Shown here in pieces: positions 39,096 to 52,312 of a stretch of 64,000 nt of DNA. A model generated the notes under the pieces. That model was given only the letters and a program-made list of their open reading frames with translations, was not told the DNA's origin and made no database searches. Position numbers and translations under genes: made by a program. Numbering within the stretch: position 1 is the stretch's first letter; every line of letters begins with the position of its first letter. Origin of the DNA: Deltaproteobacteria bacterium (GTDB taxonomy: Bacteria > Desulfobacterota > Binatia > UTPRO1); the NCBI GenBank assembly GCA_020848745.1, contig JADLHM010000141.1, positions 38,599-102,598 on the forward strand. Direction: 5' to 3'.

Positions 39096-40826
39096 GTGTC
39101 TGACGGACGCCGCGCCGCTCTCGGCGAAGCGCTCGCCCGGGACTGCTTCGACCTTCTCGTGATCGGGGGCGGGATCAACGGCGCGGGCATCGCCCGTGAC
39201 GCCGCCATGCGCGGACTCACGGTCGCGCTCGTCGAACAGGGAGACTTCGCGAGCGGCACGAGCAGCAAGTCGAGCAAGCTCGTCCATGGCGGCCTCCGCT
39301 ATCTCGAGAACTACGAGTTCGCGCTGGTGCTGGAGGCGAGCCGCGAGCGCGATCACCTGCGGCGCCATCTCGCGCCCCACCTCGTGCACCCGATGCCATT
39401 CGTGTTCCCGATCTTCCGCGGCGACCCCGTGGGACGCTTGCGATTGTCGGCGGGGCTCTGGGTCTACGACGGACTCTCGGCGTTCCGGAACATCGCGCGG
39501 CATCGCTCCTGGGGGCACAAGACGACGCTCCGCCACGAACCGGCGCTGCGCGCCGAGGGGTTGCGCGGCGCGATGCACTACTACGATTGCTGGACCGACG
39601 ACGCGCGGCTCACCCTCGAGACGATCCAGTCCGCGACGGCGGAGGGGACGGTCGCCTGTAACCATGTCGGCGTGACCGGGCTCCTGCGCGACGGCGACCG
39701 GCTCTGCGGAGCGCGCGTCCTCGATCGCGTGAGCGGCGCCTCGTTCGCGATCGCGGCCCGTCAGATCGTGAACGCGACCGGGCCGTGGCTCGACCGCGTG
39801 CGCCGCCTCGACGATCCGGCGGCGGCGCCCGTCCTGCGGCTCACCAAGGGCGCGCACATCGTCGTGCCGCGCGAGCGTCTCGGCAACCGGAACGCGATCG
39901 TGCTGCGGGCGCCGCGCGACGGCCGCGTGATGTTCGCGATCCCGTGGGAAGATCAGACGCTCGTCGGTACGACCGACACGGACTACGAGGCCCGTCCCGA
40001 GGACGTCGCCGCCGACGCCGACGACGTGCGCTACCTGCTCGAGGCGGTGAACGCCTACTTCCCCGCGGCGCGTCTCGAGGAGCGTGACGTGATCGGCGCG
40101 TACGCCGGCCTGCGGCCGCTCGTCGCGCCGCCGGCGACGGAGGACGAGACGCCCTCCGAGACCTCGCGCGAGGAAGAGATCTTCGAGAGTCCGTCGGGAC
40201 TCCTGTCGCTCGGCGGCGGCAAGCTCACGACCTATCGGCGCGTCGCGGAGAGGGTCGTGGACCGGGTGGCCGAGCGCCTCGCCGAGCGCGAGCCCGGGCG
40301 TCGGTTCGCGGCCTGCCGGACCGGCGAGGTCCCCTTGCCCGGTGCGCGCGTGGAGGACCCGGACCGGGGCGGATTCGGCGGCTTTGCGAAGCGGCTGCGG
40401 GCGCGCGCCACGACCGGCGTCGACGAGGGGCTCGTCCGTCACCTCCTCTATCGCTATGGGATCGCCGCCATGGGGATCGTCGACCGGCTCGGCGCCGCCC
40501 CGGACGCGGCCCGGCGCGTGGTCGCGGGACTGCCGTATCGGCGGATCGAGGTGACGCGCGCCGCCGAGTCGGAGATGGCGGCGACCATCGACGACGTGCT
40601 CCGTCGACGGGTGCCGATCTCGTTCCGCCGGGAGGACGGCGGCGCCGAGGCGGCCGCCGACGTCGGTCGGCTCATGGCCGACGCGCTCGGGTGGGATGCC
40701 GAGGAGACGGTGCGCGCGGTCGAACGCTACCGCACCGGCGTCGCCGACGAGCGGCGCCGGCGCCTGCATCCGCCGGCCGCGCCGGTCGCGCCGGCCACGC
40801 CGGTCGCGTCGCGGCGCCGCGCATGA
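39096..40826 (+). CDS. glpD: FAD-dependent glycerol-3-phosphate dehydrogenase
   Basis: FAD motif DLLVIGGGINGAGIARD and GlpD-specific segments (…SSKLVHGGLRYLE…); GTG start. Confidence 0.9.
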   Translation: MSDGRRAALGEALARDCFDLLVIGGGINGAGIARDAAMRGLTVALVEQGDFASGTSSKSSKLVHGGLRYLENYEFALVLEASRERDHLRRHLAPHLVHPMPFVFPIFRGDPVGRLRLSAGLWVYDGLSAFRNIARHRSWGHKTTLRHEPALRAEGLRGAMHYYDCWTDDARLTLETIQSATAEGTVACNHVGVTGLLRDGDRLCGARVLDRVSGASFAIAARQIVNATGPWLDRVRRLDDPAAAPVLRLTKGAHIVVPRERLGNRNAIVLRAPRDGRVMFAIPWEDQTLVGTTDTDYEARPEDVAADADDVRYLLEAVNAYFPAARLEERDVIGAYAGLRPLVAPPATEDETPSETSREEEIFESPSGLLSLGGGKLTTYRRVAERVVDRVAERLAEREPGRRFAACRTGEVPLPGARVEDPDRGGFGGFAKRLRARATTGVDEGLVRHLLYRYGIAAMGIVDRLGAAPDAARRVVAGLPYRRIEVTRAAESEMAATIDDVLRRRVPISFRREDGGAEAAADVGRLMADALGWDAEETVRAVERYRTGVADERRRRLHPPAAPVAPATPVASRRRA

Positions 40827-41515
40827 CGCGCAAGACCCCGGCCATCGGACCCGAGACCCCGGAAGCCCGGCGGACGCGCGCCCGCAAGATCGACCGCGCG
40901 CTCGCCGACGCCTACCCCGACGCCTGGTGCGCCCTACGCCACGACGATGCCTGGCAGCTGCTCGTCGCGACCATCCTTTCGGCGCAGTGCACCGACGAGC
41001 GCGTCAACATGGTCACGCCGACGCTCTTCGCGCGCTATCCGACGCCGCGCGCGCTCGCCGACGCCGACCCGCGCGAGCTCGAGCGGATCATCCATTCGAC
41101 CGGATTCTTCCGGCAGAAGGCGAAGTCGCTGCGGGGGGTCGCGGCGGCCACGGCCGGTGAGTTCGGAGGCGAGCTGCCGCGCGACCTCGAGACCCTGGTC
41201 ACCCTGCCGGGCATCGGTCGTAAGACCGCCAACGTGGTGCTCGGGACCGCCTACGGCGTGCCGTCGATCGTCGTCGACACCCACGTACGCCGGGTCGCGA
41301 ACCGCCTCGGACTCACCGGCGAGGACGACCCCACCAAGATCGAGATGGACCTGCGAGCCCTCGTGCCTGCCGCGTCATGGACCCGCTTCACGCACCGGCT
41401 GATCCATCACGGCCGGCGGATCTGCCACGCCCGCAAGCCGCGCTGCCCGGACTGCCCGCTCCTCGCCATCTGCCCCCGGATCGGCGTCACCGATGCCGTG
41501 AAATCGCCGACATAG
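40823..41515 (+). CDS. nth: endonuclease III
   Basis: HhH-GPD (LPGIGRKTANVVL) and 4Fe-4S FCL motif CHARKPRCPDCPLLAIC; ATG overlaps glpD stop. Confidence 0.95.
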   Translation: MTRKTPAIGPETPEARRTRARKIDRALADAYPDAWCALRHDDAWQLLVATILSAQCTDERVNMVTPTLFARYPTPRALADADPRELERIIHSTGFFRQKAKSLRGVAAATAGEFGGELPRDLETLVTLPGIGRKTANVVLGTAYGVPSIVVDTHVRRVANRLGLTGEDDPTKIEMDLRALVPAASWTRFTHRLIHHGRRICHARKPRCPDCPLLAICPRIGVTDAVKSPT

Positions 41516-41595
41516 GGGAAGCGTCCTACCCGGGATCGCGCGCGCTCTCGGCTTCGCCATATTCGGATCCGCATCACATGATTGCCAGAAAAGTA

Positions 41596-41623
41596 TTGAC
41601 TATCGCGGGGTTAGAGATATAAC
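41596..41623 (+). promoter_or_regulatory. sigma70-like promoter in unusually AT-rich intergenic region
   Basis: TTGACT-16 nt-TATAAC upstream of the kinase-like gene at 41651/41666. Confidence 0.4.
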
Positions 41624-41665
41624 CGAACGGATCTCAACGTTCCTCAGCGGGTGGCGGGCGTACAT

Positions 41666-42700
41666 ATGGCGGCGTACACGAATCTCGATAGGCGGCAATT
41701 GGCGGAGCTGGTCGAGGAGTTCGGTCTCGGCAAGTTGCAGGCTGCCAACGGCAACGGTGGCGGGACGGACGGCAATTGTCGCCTCGACACCGCCAAAGGT
41801 CGCTTCTGGCTCCGCATCGACGAAGAGCGGAGCGAGATGGAGGTGAAGCGGGAGATCGACCTCCTGCTCTATCTCCGCAAGCACGGCTTTCCGTGTCCGC
41901 AGCTCATGATCGACCGCAAGGGCCGCCAGTACCACGAGCTCGGCGGCAAGTGCATCTCGCTCTTCAAGTACATCGACGGCCACAAGCGCGAAGGCGCGAG
42001 CCTCACGCTGACGCAGATCGAGAACGCGGGCCGCGTGCTCGCCGACCTGCACGTCATCGGCAAGGGCTACAAGAAGGGCGTCGACAACCGCTTCAACTTC
42101 GAGCGCGTGGCCGACGTCTACCAGGAGGTGCGCGACCGCCTGCCGGCGTACTTCAAGAAGATCACGCGCACGCTCGACGAGGAGGTCGGCTACCTCGAGC
42201 ACTATCTCGAGTGCAAGCTGCCGAAGGGCATCATCCACGGCGACCTCTACCTCGACAACATCCTGTTCCGCGGCGAGAAGGTCGTCGGCGTGCTCGACTT
42301 CGAGACCGCCTCCCGCGGCAAGTACATCTTCGACCTCGCGACCGCCGTGAACGCGCTCTGCTACGACGGCGAGCGCTACGACCTGAAGCGATTCGAGGTG
42401 CTGATCGGCGGCTACGAGTCGCTCCGTACGTTGTCGCTCGCGGAGTGGGACGCGTTCCCGAACGAGCTCCGCTTCTCGGCCCTCCGCTTCACCGTGAACC
42501 GCCTGCGCGCCTTCTACCTGAATCCCGTCGATGAGGCGCATCGCATCAACCGCGACTTCCGCGAGTTCTACGATCGACTCATGATCCTCCGCCGCGAGCG
42601 CGAGGGCGGGATGGAAGGTCTCTTGATGGCGATGGCGACGGGCTACGACTACCGGAAGTACCAGAAGGTCCGCGCCATCGAGAAGAAAGGCAAGTCTTGA
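41666..42700 (+). CDS. phosphotransferase (APH/homoserine kinase type II-like) family protein
   Basis: Brenner/APH motif [13 protein letters not shown] and DFE; noticeably lower GC than its neighbours; alternative upstream GTG at 41651. Confidence 0.7.
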   Translation: MAAYTNLDRRQLAELVEEFGLGKLQAANGNGGGTDGNCRLDTAKGRFWLRIDEERSEMEVKREIDLLLYLRKHGFPCPQLMIDRKGRQYHELGGKCISLFKYIDGHKREGASLTLTQIENAGRVLADLHVIGKGYKKGVDNRFNFERVADVYQEVRDRLPAYFKKITRTLDEEVGYLEHYLECKLPKGIIHGDLYLDNILFRGEKVVGVLDFETASRGKYIFDLATAVNALCYDGERYDLKRFEVLIGGYESLRTLSLAEWDAFPNELRFSALRFTVNRLRAFYLNPVDEAHRINRDFREFYDRLMILRREREGGMEGLLMAMATGYDYRKYQKVRAIEKKGKS

Positions 42701-43257
42701 GCAGTGCGGACCTCGTCCGCGGGCTGCTGCGCGCGATCGGCGAAGACCCCGGGCGCGAAGGACTGCTGAAAACGCCGGATCGCGTCGCCCGCGCCCTCCA
42801 GTTCCTCACGAAAGGCTACCACGAGGATCCCTCCGCGATCCTGAACTCGGCGCTCTTCAATGAAGAGTACTCCGAGATGATCGTGTTGAAGGATCTCGAC
42901 TTCTTCTCGCTCTGCGAGCACCACATGCTGCCGTTCTTCGGAAAGGCGCACGTCGCCTACATCCCGAGCAAGAAGATCCTCGGCTTGAGCAAGCTCGCCC
43001 GTCTCTTCGAGGTGTTCGCCCGCCGCTTGCAGGTCCAGGAGCGGCTGACGACCCAGGTCGCGACCTCGCTCATGGAGGCCATCGAGCCACAGGGCGTCGG
43101 CGTCGTCGTGGAGGCCGAGCACCTGTGCATGCGGATGCGCGGCGTCGAGAAGCAGAACTCCGTCGTGGTGACGAGCTGCATGCTCGGAACGTTCCGCACC
43201 CGGCAGGAGACGCGCGAGGAGTTCATGACGCTGATCCGCAGCCGGAACGGCCGGTAG
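42697..43257 (+). CDS. folE: GTP cyclohydrolase I
   Basis: …[23 protein letters not shown]… canonical FolE; TTG start overlapping the upstream stop. Confidence 0.9.
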   Translation: MSSADLVRGLLRAIGEDPGREGLLKTPDRVARALQFLTKGYHEDPSAILNSALFNEEYSEMIVLKDLDFFSLCEHHMLPFFGKAHVAYIPSKKILGLSKLARLFEVFARRLQVQERLTTQVATSLMEAIEPQGVGVVVEAEHLCMRMRGVEKQNSVVVTSCMLGTFRTRQETREEFMTLIRSRNGR

Positions 43258-43270
43258 CAGCACGGCGCCG

Positions 43271-43822
43271 GTGCCTGGCGTGCCGCGCTGGCGGCGGGAG
43301 GCCGAGACGCTCGTCGCCGCCGAGCTCGGCGGCGACACGGAGGCCGCCTGGATCGCGTGGGACGCGCTCCGGGCGTCGCGGGTCGACTCGGCGACGCCGC
43401 TCGTCGTCTCGGTCGTCGGCCACGCGCCGTCCCCGCAGGAGCGCGCGGAGGTCCTGGGAGCGCTCGCCGCCCGTACGCCGGCCGGAACGCGGCTCGTCGT
43501 GGTCGATCACAACCGGCCGCGCCGGCTCGCGGCGGCGCTTCGCGCGCTGCTCGGACCGCCCCGGGTTCGCGGCGGCTCTCCGGCGGTGCGCTGGCGCCGC
43601 CTTGCCGACCCGACCGCGCGCGCGACCCAGGCGGCCGGCTTTCGCGTCGATCGCCTGCGGCTCGTCGCGGACGAGCGCGTGCAGGTCGTGCTGGCGACCC
43701 GCGAGCACTCGTCCGCCGGGGACGATCGGGACGACGTCGACGGGACGCAGAGATCGCGCGACCCGCTGCGCGATCGTGTCGGAGGTCCGCAGCCCGTCAG
43801 AAGCGCGCCCACCACGGAGTGA
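43271..43822 (+). CDS. hypothetical protein (possible methyltransferase-like remnant)
   Basis: 183-aa ORF in the same orientation as folE; no firm family assignment; 25-nt convergent overlap with tolC. Confidence 0.3.
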   Translation: MPGVPRWRREAETLVAAELGGDTEAAWIAWDALRASRVDSATPLVVSVVGHAPSPQERAEVLGALAARTPAGTRLVVVDHNRPRRLAAALRALLGPPRVRGGSPAVRWRRLADPTARATQAAGFRVDRLRLVADERVQVVLATREHSSAGDDRDDVDGTQRSRDPLRDRVGGPQPVRSAPTTE

Positions 43823-45566
43823 AGCGCTTGCCAGGGACCTCGATCACGACCGAGTACTCGTCGAGCAGCGTCCCCTGGGAGCGTGCGAGCTCGGCGAGCG
43901 AGACGTTGTAGTCGGTCGCGGCCCGCAGCTCGACGCCGCGGGCCTGCGTCAGGTCGTCCTGGAAGTCGAGGACGTCCTTGGTCGTGGCGATGCCGACCTC
44001 GAGCCGCTTCTGCTGGTTGCGCAGGTTCTCCTCGGCGAGCTCGCGCGCGATCCGCGACGCCTCGATGCGTTTGATGTTGGCGACGACGTCGTTCACCGCG
44101 GTCGAGACCTCGAGGCTGATGTCGGAGAACAGCTGGCGGCGCGTGAGCTCGGACTGCGAGACGTCGATCTTGGCCTTCGCGTACTCGCTCTTGGCGGCGG
44201 CGTTGCCGAGCGGGATCTCCACCTCGACGCCGGCCTGGTACGAGTAGAACTTCTTGCTCGTGAGGCGGTCGAGCGCTTCCCAGTACGGGCCGTCGTAGGG
44301 CGTTTGCACCTGCTGCCCCGTGCTCGGATCGAGCACGGTGACCGCGTCGCCCGAGAGGCCGTTGAGTCCGAAGTTGCCGACGAAATCGAGGCGCGGGAGC
44401 AGCTGGTTCTCGCGGACGCGGGCCGTCACCTGCTTGCTCTTGAGGTCGTAGGTTTGCGCCTGGACCTCGGGCCGCCTTTCGAGGGCGAGGTTGAGGGCCG
44501 TCTTGGCGTCGACCACGACCGGCGTCGTGCGCGGCCGGTCGATCGGTTCGATCGGGCGGGGGATGAAGGCCTCGCCCTTCTGGAGGTAGACGATCTGTCG
44601 CAGGGTGCGGAGCGCGTTGTCGAGCTGGTTGTTGGCGACGATCACCTCCTGCTCGCGCGCGGCGGCCTGGCTCTCGGCCTCCTTCACCGCGACCGGCGCG
44701 AGCAGGCCGACCCGCACGCGCTCCTGGTTCTCGCGCAGCGTCTGGCGCGCGAGCTCGAGCGATTCCTGCTGCACGACGAGGTTCTGACGCGTGTAGACGA
44801 CGATCCAGTAGGCCGCGATCACGCGCTTCACGAAGTTCGCGAGGTCGGCGCGGTACTGCCAGGCCGCCGCTTCGGACTGCAGCTTGGTGACGTCGACGAG
44901 GAGGTAGGCGAAGTTCAGGCCGAAGTTCCTGAGCAGCGGCTGGTTCAGCGAGAACAGGAGCTCGGGCTCGTATTGCGGGATCAAGCCCTGGAAGCGGGCG
45001 TTCGAGACGAAGCGGTTGTTCGTGAAGTCGATGCGGAAATCGCCGCCGGTGCGGAGCGTCTTCGCGAACGACGCATTGACGTTGACGTTCTCCTGCACGT
45101 TGATGAGCACGCCGGCGAGCGCCGAGGAGTTCGGCGCCTTGCGGCGGTCCTTGTTCACGGCGCCGGAGATGATCGGGTCGAAGATGGCCTCGGCGGTGCG
45201 GACGTCCTCGCGCTGGCGGAGCGGCGTCAGGCGCTGCGCGGCGATGCCGGGATTGTGCAGCAGGGCCTGGTGGACGGCTTCGGCCACCGTCAGGCGGGCG
45301 GTGTCGGTCTCCTCGACGGAGGCGTCGGGCGTCTCGACGGCGGGCGCGCGGTACGCCCATTGGTGCGCGAACACCTGCGGCATGTAGGGCGTCTCGTCGA
45401 ACTCGGCCTCGCGACGGGCCGATGTCTCGGTGTCGATGATGGCGCGGCCGTTGGGATCGCCGCTCATCGCGGCCGTCGGCTGGGCGGCGTCCTCGGCCCA
45501 GGCGCGACCGGCCAGCGCCGCGAGCCCCACCACCACGGCGATCCCGATTCGTCGACACGTCTTCAT
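43797..45566 (-). CDS. tolC: TolC-family outer membrane efflux protein
   Basis: Signal peptide, two-repeat OEP architecture, ~590 aa. Confidence 0.85.
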   Translation of the reverse strand: MKTCRRIGIAVVVGLAALAGRAWAEDAAQPTAAMSGDPNGRAIIDTETSARREAEFDETPYMPQVFAHQWAYRAPAVETPDASVEETDTARLTVAEAVHQALLHNPGIAAQRLTPLRQREDVRTAEAIFDPIISGAVNKDRRKAPNSSALAGVLINVQENVNVNASFAKTLRTGGDFRIDFTNNRFVSNARFQGLIPQYEPELLFSLNQPLLRNFGLNFAYLLVDVTKLQSEAAAWQYRADLANFVKRVIAAYWIVVYTRQNLVVQQESLELARQTLRENQERVRVGLLAPVAVKEAESQAAAREQEVIVANNQLDNALRTLRQIVYLQKGEAFIPRPIEPIDRPRTTPVVVDAKTALNLALERRPEVQAQTYDLKSKQVTARVRENQLLPRLDFVGNFGLNGLSGDAVTVLDPSTGQQVQTPYDGPYWEALDRLTSKKFYSYQAGVEVEIPLGNAAAKSEYAKAKIDVSQSELTRRQLFSDISLEVSTAVNDVVANIKRIEASRIARELAEENLRNQQKRLEVGIATTKDVLDFQDDLTQARGVELRAATDYNVSLAELARSQGTLLDEYSVVIEVPGKRFTPWWARF

Positions 45567-45850
45567 GCAGCCGCTCCTCGCTCCGACGCCATGACCGCGC
45601 GCGCCGCCTCGCTGTTCCGACGCCGCGGCGACGCCGTTCGCGTCGCCGCCGCGGTCCTTCGTCCGGCGCTATTTACGACGTGCGCGCCGGCGGTACCAGT
45701 ACCGCGAGGCGCGCGCGCGGAGCCGCGGTTCACCTTGACACTCCAGGGGTGCTTCGTTACGCTCCGCGGCCTTCATACGACTGTTTGGGTATCGCACGAC
45801 TGGCGTTTGCGTGGAGCACCACGAGGAAGTGCGACCTTCAGGAGCCGAAC

Positions 45851-45887
45851 GCCTGGGCCTCTGACTAGGAGGGGTCCAGGCTTTTTT
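45851..45887 (+). terminator. intrinsic terminator-like hairpin inside the 5' leader of serC (candidate attenuator)
   Basis: gcctgggcc…ggtccaggc stem (one mismatch) followed by TTTTTT, 39 nt upstream of the serC ATG; TTGACA at 45735 with TACGCT 17 nt downstream. Confidence 0.35.
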
Positions 45888-45925
45888 GCGACCGCCGGCC
45901 CCCCGCACGACAGGTAGGTACGACG

Positions 45926-47083
45926 ATGATCAAGAAATACTTGCTCGCCCCGGGTCCGACCCCCGTTCCCGAGTCCGTGCTGCTGGCGATGGCCCAGCCG
46001 ATCTTCCATCACCGCACGCCCCAGTTCGAAGCCCTGTTCGCCGACACCGCGAAGTCGCTGCGGGCGCTCTTCAAGACCGGCCAGGACGTCGTCATCCTGG
46101 CGTCGTCGGGCACCGGCGCGATGGAGGCGGCGGTCACCAACACGACCTCGCCCGGAGATCGCGTGCTCGTGGTGAACGGCGGCAAGTTCGGCGAGCGCTG
46201 GGGCAAGATCGCCGTCGGCTGCGGCCTCGTCGTCACCGAGATCAAGGTCGAGTGGGGAACCGCGGTCGATCCGGCGGCGATCGCGAAGGCGCTGCAGGCG
46301 CATCCCGAGACGAAGCTCGTGCTGATGCAGGGCAGCGAGACGTCGACGACCGTGCTGCACCCGGTGGCGGAGGTCGCGAAGATCACGCGCGAGACCGATG
46401 CGCTGCTCGTCGTGGACGGCATCACGGCGGTCGGCGTGCTCGACCTGCCGATGGACGCGCTCGGCATCGACGTGCTGCTCACCGGCTCGCAGAAGGCGCT
46501 CATGCTGCCGCCGGGCCTCGCGTTCGTCGCGCTCTCCGAGAAGGCCTGGAAGGCGGTCGCCGCGTCGAAGCAACCGCGCTTCTACTTCGATCTCAAGCGC
46601 GAGCGCGACAACCAGCAGAAGCACACGACGGCGTGGACGCCGGCGATCTCGTTGATCTTCGGCTTGCACGAGGCGCTCCGCCTGATGTTCGCCGAAGGCC
46701 TCGACAACGTCTTCGCCCGCCACGATCGCCTCGCGCGCGCGACCCGCGCCGGCGCCGAGGCGCTCGGCTTGAAGCTCGTCGCGCCGACGGCGCCGAGCCC
46801 GGCAACGACCGGCATCTTCCTGCCCGAGGGCGTGCCCGGGAAGCTCGTCGGCTATCTCCGCGACCAGGTCGGCATCACGTTCGCCGGCGGCCAGGACCAG
46901 CTGAAGGGAAAGATCTGCCGGGTTGCGCACCTCGGCTACATCGGCAGCTTCGACATCGTGACCGCCCTGGCGGCTCTGGAGATGGGGATGGCGGCCTTCG
47001 GGCGTCCGGTGGAGCTCGGGAAGGGCGTCGGCGCCGCGCAGAAGATCCTCATGGAAGGCATGCCCGCCACGCCGGCGGCCTGA
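45926..47083 (+). CDS. serC: class V aminotransferase (phosphoserine/serine-glyoxylate aminotransferase type)
   Basis: PLP-fold class V (…SGTGAMEAA…, …TGSQKALMLPPG…); adjacent serA supports a phosphoserine aminotransferase role. Confidence 0.8.
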   Translation: MIKKYLLAPGPTPVPESVLLAMAQPIFHHRTPQFEALFADTAKSLRALFKTGQDVVILASSGTGAMEAAVTNTTSPGDRVLVVNGGKFGERWGKIAVGCGLVVTEIKVEWGTAVDPAAIAKALQAHPETKLVLMQGSETSTTVLHPVAEVAKITRETDALLVVDGITAVGVLDLPMDALGIDVLLTGSQKALMLPPGLAFVALSEKAWKAVAASKQPRFYFDLKRERDNQQKHTTAWTPAISLIFGLHEALRLMFAEGLDNVFARHDRLARATRAGAEALGLKLVAPTAPSPATTGIFLPEGVPGKLVGYLRDQVGITFAGGQDQLKGKICRVAHLGYIGSFDIVTALAALEMGMAAFGRPVELGKGVGAAQKILMEGMPATPAA

Positions 47084-49972
<2,889 letters not shown>

Positions 49973-49994
49973 TCGTTCCCGGTTCGGACTCGCC

Positions 49995-51041
49995 ATGCGA
50001 CGTCTCGCGCCGCTCGTGCTGCTGCTTGCGAGCCTCGCGGTCACGGCGGGTGTCCTGGAGCTCGCGCTTCGCGTCCTGCCGATCGACGCGTCGTCGCACC
50101 ACTCGATCGCGGGCTTCACGGTCTACGACCCGGTTCTCGGCTGGAAGCTCGCGCCGTCACGGTCGCTGGTGTTCCGCGGGGCGCACTTTGCCGTCCGGGT
50201 GACGCACGACGCGGAGGGCCTGCGAGACGACCACGTCGATCATGCGCGCGCGCCCGGCCGCCGCCGCGTGCTCGTCCTCGGCGACTCGGTCGTGTGGTGT
50301 TGGGGCGTCGAGCACGCCGAGTGCTTCACGGAGCTCGTCGAGCGCGCGCTCGGCGACACCGACGTCGTGAACGCCGGCGTTCCGGGCTACTCGACCGCGC
50401 AGGAGCTGCTCTTCTACGAGAATCAAGGACGGCGTTACCGACCCGACGTGGTCGTGCTCGTCGTGTCGCCGAACGACGCGGACGACAACGTCGACCGGCG
50501 CGGACCGCGCTTCCGGCTGGCCGGAGAGCGCCTGGTGTACGACCCGGCGCCGCCCCCGCGGCGGAAGTCGGCGGCGCAGGAGTGGCTGCAGGAGCATTCC
50601 CGGCTCTTCACGTGGCTCGACTACGTGGGCACGGTGCTGCGGCGAGCCGCGCGCTCGACGGTCGCGGAGAACCCGCCGGCGGCGCCCGGGCCCATGGCTG
50701 CCGAGGCGCCGGCGCCCGGGCCCCGCCCCACTCCCGCGGCGTGGGCGCTTACCGAGGCGCTCTTCGACCGTTTCCGGCGCGACGTGGCGACGGACGGCGC
50801 GGAGCTCGTCGTGGTGCTGGAGATGATGTCCGAGCGGCTGCGCGCCTGGCAGCGCGGATACTGGGCCGCGCACGGCGTGCCGTGTCTCGAGCTCGCTCCG
50901 GCGCTGCTCGCGGCGGAGGCGCGCGGCGAGCAGGTCCGGCTCGAGGGCGACCCGCATCTCGCCCCGGCGGGCCAGATTGTGCTCGCGGCCGAGCTCGGGC
51001 GCGTGCTGCGCGGGCTACCAGGCTTCGGTCGAATTCGTTAG
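49995..51041 (+). CDS. SGNH/GDSL hydrolase family protein
   Basis: Signal/TM N-terminus; GDS block VLVLGDSVVW; SGNH-like downstream blocks. Confidence 0.65.
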   Translation: MRRLAPLVLLLASLAVTAGVLELALRVLPIDASSHHSIAGFTVYDPVLGWKLAPSRSLVFRGAHFAVRVTHDAEGLRDDHVDHARAPGRRRVLVLGDSVVWCWGVEHAECFTELVERALGDTDVVNAGVPGYSTAQELLFYENQGRRYRPDVVVLVVSPNDADDNVDRRGPRFRLAGERLVYDPAPPPRRKSAAQEWLQEHSRLFTWLDYVGTVLRRAARSTVAENPPAAPGPMAAEAPAPGPRPTPAAWALTEALFDRFRRDVATDGAELVVVLEMMSERLRAWQRGYWAAHGVPCLELAPALLAAEARGEQVRLEGDPHLAPAGQIVLAAELGRVLRGLPGFGRIR

Positions 51042-51070
51042 AGAAGCGGCCCGCCGTGGAACGTTCGCCG

Positions 51071-52312
51071 ATGCCGCCGGCCCTCCGGGTCGTGATCGCG
51101 TTGCTCGTGATGACGATCGTCGTCGCCTGGTCGGGCGCGCCCCGTGACGCCTACGCCTGGGGGGGCGTGGGGCTGACGCTCTGGTCGGCGTCGCGCCGGC
51201 CGCTCGCGCTGCGCGACAACCCGGCGCTGGTCCTGCTCCTGCTCTTCGTCGCGTGGACGCTTCTCGGGACGCTCTGGGCGCCGGAGCCGGCGCGCGCGTT
51301 CCGCGACTGGGTGAAGCTCGCGACGCTCGCGGCGTTCGCGTGGAGCACGGCGCAGCTCATGGCGACCCGCGACGACGGCACGCACGTCGCGTACGTCCTG
51401 CGCTGCCTCTGCGTGGCGCTCACGGTCGTCTACCTCGTCGAGGTGGCCGTGTGGCTCCGGACCGTCGGGCGCGAGTGGCACTTCGGCGATCGCGTCATGG
51501 ATCCCTTCAGCTTCCAGCACATCAACACGTTCGCCGGCATGATCGTCGCGTCGTTCGCGCTCGGCTGGCTCGTGCTCCGCAGCGACTGGGCGTTCCGCAG
51601 GACGATCGTGGCGATCCAGCTCGCGACCGGGATCGTGCTGCTCTGGCTCTTCGCGTCGCGCACGGCGCAGGTGAGCCTCGTCGCGCTCGTGACGGTAGCG
51701 CTCCTCGCGCAGCGGCGGCCGCTCATGCGCTGGCTCGCCGTCGCGGCGCTCGTCGCGGCGGCGGTCGCGGGGCCGGTCGTGAATCCGCGCTTCCGCGACG
51801 CGACCATGTGGACCCTTCACAACCGCGTGCAGCTCTGGCGCGGCACGGTCGAGCTGATCTCGGCGCGACCGCTGTTCGGCTACGGCTGGGGGGACAAGAC
51901 CTTCCAGCCGATCCACGCCGCGCACGACCCGAATCGCCCGGAGGATTGGCCGCACGCGCACAACTTGGCGCTCCAGGTCGCGTTCGGCGCCGGCGTGATC
52001 GGGCTCGGGCTGTACGTCGCGACGTTCTGGTTCGCGCTCGCGCCGCTCTGGCGCGCGCGGCGGTCCGCCGATCCCGTCCGTGCGCGTCTCGCCCGTGTCC
52101 TGCTGCTCTCGGCCGCGGGGGTCGGCATCTTCTCGCTTGCCGACGTGCCGCGCGGACCGCTGCACCTCTATCTCTGGACGTGGTGGGCGGCCGGGGTCGC
52201 GCTCACGGGTACGCGGCGTCCGCCGGCCGGGCTCGATCAGGTGTCGTCGTCGAGCCGCGGCACGCCGTCCGAGCGGCGCGCTCCGCGGCCTGCCGCCAGC
52301 ATCGCCCGGTAG
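51071..52312 (+). CDS. O-antigen ligase (Wzy_C) family membrane protein
   Basis: ~10 TM helices with a large periplasmic loop (…PLFGYGWGD…HAHNLALQVAFGAG…). Confidence 0.75.
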   Translation: MPPALRVVIALLVMTIVVAWSGAPRDAYAWGGVGLTLWSASRRPLALRDNPALVLLLLFVAWTLLGTLWAPEPARAFRDWVKLATLAAFAWSTAQLMATRDDGTHVAYVLRCLCVALTVVYLVEVAVWLRTVGREWHFGDRVMDPFSFQHINTFAGMIVASFALGWLVLRSDWAFRRTIVAIQLATGIVLLWLFASRTAQVSLVALVTVALLAQRRPLMRWLAVAALVAAAVAGPVVNPRFRDATMWTLHNRVQLWRGTVELISARPLFGYGWGDKTFQPIHAAHDPNRPEDWPHAHNLALQVAFGAGVIGLGLYVATFWFALAPLWRARRSADPVRARLARVLLLSAAGVGIFSLADVPRGPLHLYLWTWWAAGVALTGTRRPPAGLDQVSSSSRGTPSERRAPRPAASIAR

